From: Octopus sinensis
Lineage: Eukaryota
Direction of reading: 5' to 3'
Length of the DNA: 64,000 bases
NCBI RefSeq assembly: GCF_006345805.1
Contig: NC_043010.1
Coordinates: 11,284,001 to 11,348,000, forward strand
Shown here: positions 14,572-26,842 of the stretch, in pieces
Position numbering within the stretch: position 1 is the stretch's first letter
Layout of the letters: each line of letters begins with the position of its first letter
The notes under the pieces: generated by a model
The model's input: only the letters and a program-made list of their open reading frames with translations
What the model was told of the DNA's origin: nothing
Databases searched by the model: none
Position numbers and translations under genes: made by a program

Positions 14572-14602
<31 letters not shown>

Positions 14603-14917
14603 GGTATGTATGTTTTAAATGAACTAGCTGATACATCAAATCAGTTTAGCAGCTGAAATACATTTATTTTTCTCTACTTTTCTAAATAACGTATCAAAGT
14701 ATGTTGCATGTTCTTTTAGAAAACAGCCAGCCTTGTGTTACAGATATAGCACAAAACTCTAGGGGGGGAACGGATTTGTATATACCAGTAACAATACACC
14801 TGAGGCCAAAAAAGCTCGAAGGAGCGTTTTGTATGCTAAATATATATACGTCCATTAGGGTATCACATATGTAATACAGTTGGTAAAAATAAACTTCGAA
14901 TAATCTTTTATTCTATA

Positions 14918-15314
14918 CTAGCAGTATCGCCCGGCGTTGCTCGGGTTTGTAAGGGAAATAACTATATAAGCATTTTTAGAGAGTTATAGTCAAAAAATAG
15001 CAAAAAATGCATTAAAAATGGAAAACAAAATGATGGTAAATTTTTTTTTAAATCGTTGACTCATCGTAGACATTTTTAGAGAGTTACTTCCCTTATATAA
15101 TAGCGAAAAAAATGCATTAAAATGGAAAAAATGATTGGTAATTTTTTTTAAATCGTTGACTCATCGTAGATGCGCGCTAATACCCAGAAGGGCTTGATAT
15201 GAATCACGACTATAAGATACCCAGTTTTGGTTAAACTGCACCGCAAAATGTGGGAGTAGTTAGGAATCTAAATCGTAGGAGACAGACACACAACTTGACT
15301 TTTATATATAAAGA
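14918..15314 (-). mobile_element. Non-autonomous Helitron, family H1
   Basis: Minus strand A|TC start, GC hairpin CCCGAGCAACGCCGGG, CTAG|T end, no TSD; homologous to 22238 and 38713. Confidence 0.88.
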
Positions 15315-15315
15315 T

Positions 15316-16195
15316 TTGTTTCAGTTATTAGACTGCGGCCATGCTGAAGCACTGCCTTGAAGAATTCTTAGTTGAATGAATAGACCCCAGTACTTGTTTT
15401 TTTTTTTTTACCTTTATTTTCATGCCTAGTGTGTATTCTATTGGTCTTTTTTTGCCAAAATGCTAAGTTACAGGGACATAAACACACCACTATCAGTTGT
15501 CAAGCAGGGGTGGGAGACAAACACAGACATAAATACATACTAATACACACACACGTATGCACGCATGCACACACACACACACACACACACACGTGCACAC
15601 TTTCAGTTTCTGCCTACAAAGTCCATTCACAAGGCTTCGGTCAACTCAAGGCTATTCTCTTTACTCTCTCTTTTACTCTTTACTTGTTTCAGTCATTTGA
15701 CTGCAGTCATGCTGGAGCACCGCCTTTAGTCGAGCAAATCAACCCCAGGACATATTCTTTGTAAGCCTAGTACTTATATCGGTCTCTTTTGCCGAACTGC
15801 TAAGTTACGGGGACGTAAACACACCAGCATCGGTGTCAAGCGATGTTGGGGGGGACAAACACAGACACACAAACATGCACACATACATATATACATATAT
15901 ATTATATAATATATATATAATATATACATATATACAACGGGCTTCTTTCAGTTTCCGTCTACCAAATCCACTCACAAGGCATTGGTCGGCCCGGGGCTAT
16001 AGCAGAAGACACTTACCCAAGGTGCTACGCAGTGGGACTGAACCCGGAACCATGTGGTTGGTTAGCAAACTACTTACCACACAGCCACTCCTACACCTAT
16101 TGTAGAAGATACTTGCCCACGGTACCATGCAGTTGGACTGAAATTGAAACCATGTAGCTGAGAAGCAAACTTCTGACGATGCAGCCACACCTGCA
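15316..16195 (-). mobile_element. Older SINE A copy split by a younger SINE A
   Basis: Body 15316-15653 ends CAAGGCTA and resumes TGTAGAAGATACTTGCCC at 16102-16195. Confidence 0.7.
15654..16101 (-). mobile_element. SINE A, full length
   Basis: Reverse complement of the 5836 copy, from the tail to CCACTCCTACACCTAT. Confidence 0.92.
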
Positions 16196-16577
16196 AGGTA
16201 TTTTGGAGGTAAGCAAGAACAACCGGGATTTCATATATAAACATATATACAAAAGTAATTTAAATGATGTCACAACTATAAAATAAACAGTAGGAAGTGG
16301 TCAGATACCTTGGCTTGCTAGTTGTTGGTTATATTTGATAGTTTATGCCACCTAGATTACGTATTTAGTTATGAAGCTAAATGTAAAAAAATGTATTATA
16401 GGCGCAGGAGTGGCTGTGTGGTAAGTAGCTTGCTTACCAACTACATGGTTCCGGGTTCAGTCCCACTGTGTGACACCTTGGGCAAGTGTCTTCTACTATA
16501 GACTCGGGCTGACCAAAGCATTGTGAGTGGATTTTATAGATAGAAACTGAAAGAAGCCAATCGTATATATATATGTA

Positions 16578-18215
16578 CACTTGCGTCGGAATTAATTAGC
16601 ACTTCTCAAATTTCTACATTTTCTTACATTTTCTTAATTTAATTAACTTATTATCAGAAACGAACTCGTTTATAATCAAAAATTATAAAAAACATATCCA
16701 GCACACCACATAATTGTTATTAATCGTGAAATTTAGTCAATATCTTGTTGCTCCTCCTTAGCAGCAATGACAGCTGCTACGCGGGTCGGCATGCTGTCTA
16801 TGAGTGCCTGCAGGTACTGTGCAGGGATGGCCCTCCATGCAGCAAGAAGTGCCCCAAACAGCTTGTGTCGGTTCAGGTCAGGTGACTGGCCAGGCCAGTC
16901 CATGACCATCACCCCATGGTCTTGAAGAAAACCGGTTGTGAGCTTGGCTGTGTGGGAAGGCACGTTGTCCTGCTGGAGCATGTACTCCTCGCCACCAAAG
17001 AGGTATCCCATACTATCTCAACGTACTTTGCTGCGTTGATGTTGCCTTCGACGGCATAGAGCCGCCCAACACCACTGTAGCTGAACGCCCCTCACACCAT
17101 CAGACCACCCCCACCATGCTTCATGGTGAGAGCAATGCAGTCTTTGTTCAAGCGCTCACCCCTGCGGCGTCGCACATGGACAGGCTTGTCACTGACGAGA
17201 CTGAATCGCGACTCATCAGTGAACATCACTGTCCACCACTGCTGCACGGTCCATGTCTTGTGGGCACGGGCCCAGAGCAGCCGCCTCTTCCAGTTTTGGG
17301 CTGTAGGAGCGGCTTATGGGCGGCCCTACAGGATTTTAGACCAGCTTCAGTTATCTGGTCTTGACGGTGGTTGTAGACAACTGCTTCCTGTCATCTTTTG
17401 CATCTCCTCCGCCAGTTGCTGGCTCGTTACCCTTCGGTTGTACAGCGACTTTCGGATCAGCATCCGGTCCTCCCGCTGGGTCGTCAGCCTCTTCCGTCCC
17501 CTACCCTGTTTGTCAGCTGTGATCCGGTTTCCTCGTATTTCTTTAATAAGCACTGAATTGTGCGCCTGGCTACACCAAGTTTTCTGGCTATTGCAGCCTC
17601 CGACAGCTTCCCACGCCACGAGAGAGCCTCGTACCGTCTCTCCAAGGTCATGCGAGGTCTTGCCCATCTAGGATGAACGATAAAAACCAGTTATTTTCAT
17701 TAAAACTATTCATTTGAATAATGTTATGCTATAACAAAACTGCTATGAGTTATTATTCATTAAACAAAAAAGAAAGAAAGCAGAATTCTCACCTTATTTG
17801 ATGTATAACAGAAAGTTTTGTGAACCAGAAGTGACGTCATCAAGCAGAGTGTAGGAGAATTTGTGAGGAAAAAAAATCTTGCAAATACACAAATCAATTA
17901 ACCTACGAGCTGTTCAAAACGTCTTACGCGATGAGAAAACTTAGTACGGTGTGATTTCGGTCCTTGCGAGGCGCTACCTAATCTATTAAACAAAGGAAGA
18001 TTTGTCTGCATCCGCACCCCAGTTGTTGTTGCACTACTATGTCAACATCATTAGGCTGTAGACTCTCAAACTGCTCTGCAAACAAAGTTACGTCATCGTT
18101 CTGCGCAACAGTGAACTCACAACAAAGCAATAGTTCGAGATATGGCCACTAGGTGACAGCAAATACCTTGAGTGAAGAGAAAATCAAGGGTGCTAATTAA
18201 TTTCTGACGGTAGTG
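16578..18215 (-). mobile_element. Full-length Tc1-family DNA transposon (1638 bp), inactive
   Basis: TA TSDs; imperfect ~26-bp TIRs (CACTTGCGTCGGAATTAATTAGCAC vs CACTACCGTCAGAAATTAATTAGCAC); transposase inside. Confidence 0.95.
16737..17667 (-). pseudogene. Tc1 transposase pseudogene
   Basis: GRGRKRLTT HTH linker, WTVMFTDESRF, KHGGGGLMV*GAF, QQDNVPSH, WPGQSPDLN and a frameshifted GGATRY*. At least 3 frameshifts, one stop, and the PIENLW (catalytic E) segment is deleted. Confidence 0.93.
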
Positions 18216-18221
18216 TATATG

Positions 18222-18260
<39 letters not shown>

Positions 18261-18792
18261 CTGTGTTTGTCTGTCTCTGTTTGTCCTCCCAACATCGCTT
18301 GGCAACCGATGCTGGTGTGTTTACATCCCCGTAACTTAGCAGTTCGGCAAAAGAGACCAATAGAATAAGTCCTGGGGTCGATTTGCTCGACTAAAGGTGG
18401 TGCTCCAGCATGGCCACAGTCAAATGACTGAAACTAGTAAAAGAGTAAAGAGTATAATAAACTTAGAAGTGCTGTGAAAACTTTTGGGAGCTCAGAGAGA
18501 ATGTTTTTGGTTTTATCCACACAGAAATTGAAGTTCTGATGCATACATCAAGTACAAGGCTTAAATAGTAGTAAGAAGATTTGAATGCAGGTTTGAAGAA
18601 GCTAGATTCAAGGATAATCTATCAGCTATGAAAATATTAACTTACATGATGTTCAGAGCATTGTTCAGAAGTTATGCTAAACAAAAAAAAAAACAATTTA
18701 TTAGAATAGCCTGATGTCTGCTAGATATGGACATGTCATATCAATGAAGAATGATAATGAGTAACAAATAGTGTATGCTAATAGTGTAAAGA

Positions 18793-19011
18793 CAGTGCTT
18801 TTCAACATTTTTGCTGGAGCGGAACCCCAAGGAAACATTCCACTCGCTCGAGGAACCCCTGTGCAATAACTTAATAGTCTTATGCACACATATCTGCACA
18901 GGAGTATTAAAAATTACTGCCGATTTTAGCAGTTTTGTAACTTCTTGCGGAACCCCTGGACTGTACTGGGGGAACCCTAAGGTTCCGCCGAACCCTAGTT
19001 GAAAACCACTG
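18793..19011. mobile_element. hAT-type MITE (219 bp)
   Basis: TIR CAGTGCTTTTCAA / TTGAAAACCACTG; near 8-bp TSD (GTGTAAAGA / GTGTAAGA); sister copy at 53680. Confidence 0.9.
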
Positions 19012-19269
19012 GTGTAAGATGTCCCTCACAATGGAAGACAAAAGCTGTTGAGAGGAATCACATTATAATGGACACACAGGCTGTGGGAAAAAAGAATTAC
19101 AGCTTATCTGTCAAAACCATGCCGGTAAGCAAAGTGGGCATTTAAAATAAATTAAAAAGCTAATGCTAATCTTATGGTGATAATTATCCCTCTCACTCTG
19201 TGTTTATTATTTATTATTATTATGTGTGTGCGTGTGTGTGTACGTGTATATATATATATATATATATAT

Positions 19270-19557
19270 AAACAATTGCAGCATGGAAGGTGTTTGTAAG
19301 CCTTTAAGAAACACACAAAAGCCGTTCGATTCACTTCAACAATTAAGTTTAATTTGTCAAAATATTTTCGTCACTATATAACGCGCGACCTGTTCACTGA
19401 CAAAAATATTTTGACAAATTAAACTTAAATGTTGAAGTGAATCGAACGGCTTTTGGTGTGTTTCTTAAATGGCTTACAAACACCTTCCACACTGCAATTG
19501 TTTTCGTTCCAGCACACGATCTCAGATCAAATCACTTGCTATGCAAGTACATCTCCC
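19270..19557. mobile_element. (TA)n-bounded asymmetric fold-back element, putative Penelope-like non-autonomous retroelement
   Basis: ~100-bp inverted arms (19270-19368 and 19403-19503); the right arm continues to ATCTCCC(TA)n. The fold-back is observed; the Penelope-like assignment is inference. Confidence 0.6.
19353..19404 (-). ncRNA. Putative minimal type I hammerhead ribozyme, G3:C8 variant
   Basis: UUUGUCA-GUGAACA-G-GUCGC(loop)GUGAC-GAA-AAUAUU-U-UGACAAA: 7-bp stem I, 5-bp stem II, palindromic stem III. Folded by hand. Confidence 0.5.
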
Positions 19558-19593
19558 TATATCTATATATATATATATATATATATAATTATA

Positions 19594-19624
<31 letters not shown>

Positions 19625-19632
19625 TGTATATA

Positions 19633-20017
19633 CTAGCCGTTGACCCACCCAGCATTGCTCGTGTTTCCAGTATTGAAGTTAAACACATCTCTGACCTTGT
19701 ACTGAATAAACATTTCCTTAGAGACTATTCTATAGATTTTTTTGAAATTTTACCCATGAAAAAAGGCAAAAGCTGCAGGAAAAATAACATAGTTATGGGA
19801 ATTTTCATTCAAGCGCCCAATTGAGCTCACAAAAATATATGCCAACTGAGCATTATCAAGTTTTCGAAAAATTCCAGCCTTATTTGAACTTCAGTGCATG
19901 TGATCTACCTATGTACCAAAAATCCTTAAAATCGGTTGGACAGTGAGGGAGGAGCTGAAGTAACCCCACCCCAAACACACACGCAGACAGGCACCATTAC
20001 ACATTTATGTATATAGA
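19633..20017 (-). mobile_element. Non-autonomous Helitron, family H2
   Basis: Minus strand A|TCTATATACATAAATG start; ends GAGCAATGCTGGGTGGGTCAACGGCTAG|T; different body from H1. Confidence 0.7.
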
Positions 20018-20179
20018 TATGTGTGTGTGTGCACGCACGTGTGTGTATACATATACATACATATATATATATATATACTGGACTTCCCTGTCATTAAAGG
20101 ACGTATGAGTGTTTGACAATTTCTTACAGGACAACCACACAGACGATTTGTTTATATAATGATCAAATGTTTGTGTAGA

Positions 20180-20378
20180 CATAAGCTCACTCTCTCCATC
20201 AAATCGAGACTACCTGTACAGGTGCAACTGGATGCCACATGTCAGTTGTTGAAATGATCACACAGCAACATGGAAAGAAGTGCTTTGTTCGAGAACACAA
20301 CGCAACGCCCGGTCTGGGAATCGAACCCACTATCTCACAATCATGAGTACAACACCCTAACCACTAAGCCTTGCGACT
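20180..20378 (-). mobile_element. SINE D-related, degraded
   Basis: GCCCGGTCTGGGAATCGAAC...CCCTAACCACTAAGCC matches the head of 33412-33774. Confidence 0.65.
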
Positions 20379-20406
20379 TATATGTACTATACATACATTT
20401 ATATAT

Positions 20407-20786
20407 TTTGTCTTTTACCTCTTCAGACATCTGACTGTTGCCATGCTGGGGCACCAACATGAAGGGCTTTAGTCAAACGAATGATCCCAGGAGTGGGTTT
20501 TTTAATTTTTAAGCCTAGTACTTATTCTATCAGTCTCTTTTGCTGAACCACTAAGTTACTAGGGTGCAAGCTCACCAATACCAAACGGTGGTGGAGGACA
20601 CACACACACACGTACATACACATATACACACACACATATATATACATATATACAATATCCACTCACAAGGTTTTGGTTGGCCCAAGGCTATAGTAGAAGA
20701 CACTTGCCCAAGGTGCTACACAGTGGGACTGAACCCAGAACATTGTGGTTGGAAAGCAAGCTCCTTACCACACAGCCATGCCTGCA
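20407..20786 (-). mobile_element. SINE A, older copy
   Basis: CCACTCACAAGG...GACACTTGCCCAAGGTGC...CCACACAGCCA. Confidence 0.85.
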
Positions 20787-22237
20787 TTATACATACATAT
20801 ATATATGTGTGTGTATATATATATATATTTATATATATATATATATATAATATATATGTATGTATATATATATATGTATATAATATATGTATATATATAT
20901 ATATATATATAAATATATATATATATGTATATATATATACATATATGTATGTATATAATATATGTATATATATATATATAATATATATATATATTTATGT
21001 ATGTATATAAATACATGCACATTCATACATATAAATGTGTATGTATATTTACATAAATATAAATATATACATATGTATACACACACACACTCACACATAT
21101 GCACACACACACACACACACACATGCATACACACATTAAATTGAGCTTCAGATCTAGAAATAGGCAAATAGATTCTAAATGGCTTGTACAAATTTTTTTC
21201 TTTTTTCTTTTTCCCATAATATATCATTTTTCTTTTGTTCTCATCTGCACAGCATGGATTTGTGTATATTTCACGCAATCCCGATAAGTGCTGCAATTTT
21301 AATTACCTTGTTGTGTAATGGGAGCTGTAGAAAACTCAAGAATTCAGCACGCTAATGAACTAATTCAATGATCTGAATAATTTTATATACATTTAATGAT
21401 AAATAAATTATATTTGTCATAGTTAATTTATGTGGCTTAATGCCAAATAACTGTTAATTGTTGATAAATACATTATTTTTGAAATTTAAAGCAAAGCAGT
21501 GTTAGCAAACCTGATAATATTGGTTTCATAGATTTGCCAAAAAATTAATAAAATTTTGTTTTGATATATATTTATCAATGTTGAATTCATATTAGAAATA
21601 ATACAGAATATATATATTCTATAATTTTTAATGGTTATCATGTCTTCATCAAAGAATTCTTTATCATGTAGTGTGGCACCATAGGCACAGATATGTCTAT
21701 GAAATACAGAAATTCACTTTCCAAATGTGTAGTTTCTGGGTTCAATCTTGCTGAGCAGCAACTTAAGCCAGGTGGTTTTTTTTTTTTTGATTTTTAGTGT
21801 AGTCTCATGTTGATCAATATCTATAACTTACGAATAGAATTTGGTAAAAAAAGAATGGCAACTGAGACAAAACTTCGAAGTGATGTGCAAAAATACGAAC
21901 TTGTTACTAGTTCAAATATATTTGAGGCACACTCGAACACACAAGAAAGCTACTCACTGTGTTTTTCACAGAGAAAATTTCTCACTGTTGACGAACGGTT
22001 TTAATTACACCAAATCAGCCTACCAGGCTGGAATTTCATAAGAAAGCTATAGCACCTTGTGTCAGCTTGCAGTTCTGCCTTGTCTGATTTCTGTTGCTGA
22101 AGAGGAGATAACTACTGCAAAATGCATGCATCCTACAATCAGCTCAGGTAGTACTGCAACTTGATTCAGTGTATTTACACCCACATGTCAAGAGTGAGGA
22201 ATTTGCCTCGTAGATATTTTGTCATTCGCATAGTATA

Positions 22238-22635
22238 TCTTTATATATAAAAGTGAGGTTGTGTGCTGTCTGTCTCCTACGATTTAGATTCCTAACTACT
22301 CCCACAGTTTGCGGTGCAGTTTAACCAAAACCGGGTATCTTATAGTCGTGATTCATATCGAGCCCTTCTGGGTATTAGCGCACGTCTACGATGAGTCTAC
22401 GATTTTTAAAAAAATTACCATGAATTTTTCCCATTTTTAATGCATTTTTGGCATATATAAGGGAAGTAACTCTCTAAAAATCTATTATTAAATCTCAGAA
22501 CGTAAAAAGCTACAGTAACACCCCCCTCCCTTTGTGGTTAGCCATATTGAGATGGCTATTATACTTTACATCTGTAAAAATGTTTATATAGTTATTTCCC
22601 TTACAAACCCGAGCAACGCCGGGCGATACTGCTAG
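22238..22635 (+). mobile_element. Non-autonomous Helitron, family H1 variant
   Basis: A|TCTTTATATATAAAAG start, CCCGAGCAACGCCGGGCGATACTGCTAG|T end. Confidence 0.9.
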
Positions 22636-24147
22636 TGAAATATAAAGTGAACCCAAATGTAAGGAAAGATAATTCTGTTGGGCATTGACATTGCAGAATA
22701 TTTCTGTTTAAATGCACTAGTGTCTCACTCCATACTGATACAAATACACACTCACATAAATATATGAATACATAAAAGTACACACACACACACACACACA
22801 CATACATGCATACACATGCATTAATAATATCTGTTCGTATTCCTTCATATATTTTACAAAATTTAAACTACTTAATTTATTAAACTTAATAATTGAGAAG
22901 GATGAGGGGGAATAAATGTGATTGTTATAAATATAGTTATTATAAATATCATAATCATAATAATATTGTTCAAACAAAATTACATTTTCTCATTTTCTAA
23001 TTTTTTTTTTTTTGCTTTTTGCTATATTTCTAATATTTTTGGAAATGTCTTAAGTAAAAATTTCTGTTTAAAATTATCAATCTTGTGGCAACTGCTACTA
23101 TTTTAAAAAAATAAAAATTATATTATTGAAAAATTTTATGACAGTAATTACAACAAACTAAAATTAATTTCTAATTGCATTTCTGTAAAATTCCTCAATT
23201 TCATAAACCAATCAGTAAAAATTCACTTCATTAAGCGTTGATTAGATACTTCATTAAAACTTCTCATTCCTGCTATCACAATTGGAAAATATCTGGAAAA
23301 AAAAAAACTATTTTTGATTTATATTTTTGTTGCTAATGCTACTTTATTTCATTTTTTTATTGTTTTTATTTATTTACTTCTTTGTTTTCTTTTTTTTATT
23401 TTATCTTATTTATCAATTTTTTTTCTTTTAATCTTTCCTTCCGAAAAGCATCAATAAATCATTTCTTCAATAACCATTTATTAACTATTGGCGTTATCAT
23501 TAATCTTCAGATAGCATTTATCAATTCTTCACTTATAAGAAATCTAAAATTGTTGCTATGAATAAATGGATATGCAAAAAATAACAACAACAACAACAAC
23601 AACAACAATAATAATAAATCGAAAATAAAAACATAAAAAAGAATGAGAGAGAAATTAAATATATCAAGAAAAAATATCTAAATATATGAATCTAAATATA
23701 TTTTTCAATAGTAATAAGAAATTTTTTTCCATTTGTTTTTTAGTCATAATAAACTATGATTTAGAAATCATATTTGAAGGAAAATCCTCATCAATGGAAA
23801 TTAGTTGTTGTTGCTGCTGCTACTGCTGCTGCTGCTGCTGCTGCAGCTCCTGCTGCTGCAGTTGGTGTTTAATCACAGGTTAGCTCTGAATGAGAAGACC
23901 TATGATCAAAAGGTGAAGGTGTGAGGTCTAGGGATTAAGATGCTGGACTTAGGATCGTAAAGACATGGATTTTGGTTCTCAAGAAGAGTGGCACATTGCG
24001 TCCTTGAGCAAGGCAGATCACTTCATGTTGCTCCCATCCACTGAACTGAAAGCAACTGTATTTGCTACGAAGTGACGCTTTGCACACTATTTACACCAAA
24101 CCTTGCAAATACAAAATGTCAACAGCTCTTCACAGTTAGGAACACTG

Positions 24148-24173
24148 GATGGTGGTGGTGGTGGTGGCGGTGG

Positions 24174-24204
<31 letters not shown>

Positions 24205-24365
24205 GCTGGTGGTGGTGGTGCTGGTGCTGGTGCTGGTGCTGGTGGTGCTAGTGGTGCTGGTGGTGCTGGTGGTGCTGGTGGTGGTGGTGCTGCTGCTGCT
24301 GCTGGTCGTGGTCGTGGTCGTGGTCGTGATGACAGTGATCATGATGATGACATTGATGATGATGC
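24148..24365. repeat. (GGT)n/(GCT)n/(GAT)n trinucleotide tract
   Basis: Direct reading; source of the poly-Gly and poly-Val ORFs. Confidence 0.9.
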
Positions 24366-24719
24366 CAATTCCGATTGTGACCATCCCAGATAAATATTTT
24401 CCACTGTGTCCTTCCTTTTATTTCTTTTTAAAGAAGTTGGTGTTACTTAAAAAAAAACAATATTTGACTGCTATTTCTAGCATGTTAAGCAACAGCATAG
24501 ATGCTCCCTAATTTTGCTTGATAAGAATTAATAATATCTGATGTGATATTTCACTGAACTGTGATATGTTCTCACCACAGCCAATGATGCAACATTTTCC
24601 ACTGCTCGTTGGAAAGTGCTATATTGGTGATGCAAAGATAACAAATGCACAGCCCTGCACTGAAATATATTTCATTAATAGCAATGTGATTATTGATTTA
24701 AGTGGAATGATACAACAAG

Positions 24720-25136
24720 CACGGCTGTGTGGCAAGAAGCTTCCTTCCCAATCACAAGCTTCCAAGTTCTGTCCCACTGCATGGCACCTTGGGCAAATGT
24801 TTTCTACTATAGCCTCATGTTGACCAAAGCCTTGTCAGTGGATTTGGCAGGCAGAGACCGAAAAAGGCCTGTTGTGTGTGTATATATATATATATATATT
24901 TATGTGTGTATGTCTGTGTCTCTGTTTGTCCTCCCACCATCACTTGACAACCAGTGTTGGTATATTTACGTCCCCGTAACTTAGTGGTTTTGCAAAAGAG
25001 ACTATTAGGAAAAGTAGTAGGCTTACAAAGAATAAGTCCTGGGGTCGATTTGTTCAACTGAAAAACCCTTTAAGCTGGTGTTCCAGCATGGCCAGCATCA
25101 AATAACTGAAACAGGTAAAAATAAAAGAGTAAGAGA
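24720..25136 (+). mobile_element. SINE A, diverged
   Basis: GGCTGTGTGG...CCTTGGGCAAATG...CTGAAACAGGTAAAA. Confidence 0.85.
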
Positions 25137-25569
25137 ATATATCAGTTTCAAATTTTGGCACAGTACCAACAATTTGGGTGGGGTTGGTGGTAAGTTGATT
25201 ACATCAACCCTCAGTGTTCAACTGAAAGGATGAAAGGCAAAGTCAGCCTCATCAGAATTTGAACTCAGAATGTAATGACAGACAAAATGTTGCTGAACTA
25301 ATTACTCTAGCAGCTCATTGCCCCCCAGTTAAGTAAAATATTGCAATACATAAAATTGGCTTCAAATTTTGGCACAAGACCAGCAATTTTGAGGGAGTCG
25401 GTAAGTCATTACATTGACCCCAGCATTCAACTGGTACTTATTTTATCAACAATGAAAGGATGGAATGCCACTAAGCATTTTACCCAGTATTTTTTTATTC
25501 TTTTATTCTATATATCTATATATAAACATATGTACACACTCACATATTGAAAAGCAGATAACACAGTAG

Positions 25570-26592
25570 GTCTAATGCATAGATTTACATGGAATACAAA
25601 AGAAAGAAATAAAGTAATGAAAAGAGTTATGTAGTAGTCTAATCTTGACAGCTGTTTCAGGACCATCATGGTTTATGCCATAACAATATTCATAAATGAT
25701 AAAAACCCATGATGTTGTAGGTGTTTATAATAACAAAAGTTTTGATGGATTTGTCAGTTAAGGTTGGTCACCTTCATTAGAAGAATATAGCAAAGGCAAA
25801 CAGTAGCCATAATTAAGCAGCGCTATTTTGTTTTGGTCTGATTTACAATGTGGGGTCTGGCATTGACATGCAAGAGTATAGGCGCCTCTCTGTTTATTAA
25901 TGCCAGATATGTCCTGGCTAATATAAAATTATTTCTTCAATTTACTGACAGTAAGGATTGGGATGTTACTATTTCTCTTGGTAGCAGAAACAAAGAATGG
26001 ATGATTCCCTGACGTTACTACCAAACAGTAACCATTACATCTTGTGGGTGTAAAAGGAATTTTGATATGTATTTAGGTGATTCTTTATTAGATGGCTATT
26101 ATCAGAAGCTTTTGCTGTTGTCATACAAAACACATCAGTAATGATGACTATTCTTTTCAAATATGGTTGCCTTTCATTTTACGCAAGAAGGAAAGCAGAG
26201 ACTGTCAGAGTTTGCATCTTGCTTGCAGCAGTTAATTCATGCGGAACATAATTGTCCATCTTTCTCACTTTACTCATCATTGCATGATGATGTCCTGCAG
26301 ATGGTTTTGAAACCTTTCAATTATTGATAAAAGATTAAACAATAGCCTTGGGATTACCCTCTACAATATGTTTCACTGTTACACCGATTAACACTGATGG
26401 GGAGTGTCTAGGAGGTACATTATTCAAACATGTGTCTCCAAATCAAAATTTATTGAGCCATCTTCTTCCTTTTATTGCATTGCAAGTTCACATCCCAAAT
26501 GCATCATTGATATTCTCAACAGCATGAGAGGCATTCATATCAAGTTTATATGCATACGAAAGCAAAAGTCTGACTTGTTTTACAGATAGCAT
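25570..26592 (-). pseudogene. Decayed mariner transposase (Hsmar1/cecropia-like)
   Basis: Manual translation from the ATG at 26592: MLSVKQVRLLLSYAYKLDMNASHAVENINDAFG*...RRWLNKF*FGD, then KVRKMDNYVPHEL...YLKRIV, then HVNARPH (WVPHEL and HDNARPH motifs). Many stops and frameshifts. Confidence 0.8.
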
Positions 26593-26842
26593 TTGCAAAA
26601 CCAAGGGAAGAACATTAAAACCTTCTTATAACCAACAATCAAATTTAAGATTTCCTAAAACTATGATGTCAGCAAATATAGAAAAGAGTTGATGCTTTAA
26701 AATCTATTGGGTATGTATTCATGGAAACAAATTTTAAAAAGTGACCACTTGATGTGGGACAACATCTACAATAATAAACACGAAATTCTGTCTGTCCCTT
26801 GTATCTCAGTCTATATTTGCTCTACATAGGCTCTACATAAGA

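Larger units (their letters stand above)
16401..18452 (+). mobile_element. SINE A interrupted by a Tc1 element
   Basis: 5' half 16401-16577 and 3' half 18216-18452 join at the internal TA microsatellite. Confidence 0.9.

Noticed and set aside
17116-17671. 182-aa and 82-aa plus-strand ORFs
   Set aside because: They are antisense to the GC-rich Tc1 transposase, with no independent evidence.
21800-22200. Possible transposase relic (LTVDER and PNQP on plus suggest piggyBac; FLMKFQPG and KTVRQQ*EIFSVKNTVS on minus suggest mariner)
   Set aside because: The two faint readings are mutually exclusive; a frameshift-aware search is needed.
23220-23292. TTTTTTCCAG acceptor followed by YFPIVIAGMRSFNEVSNQRLMK* on the minus strand
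   Set aside because: Too short, no recognisable homology and no partner exon.
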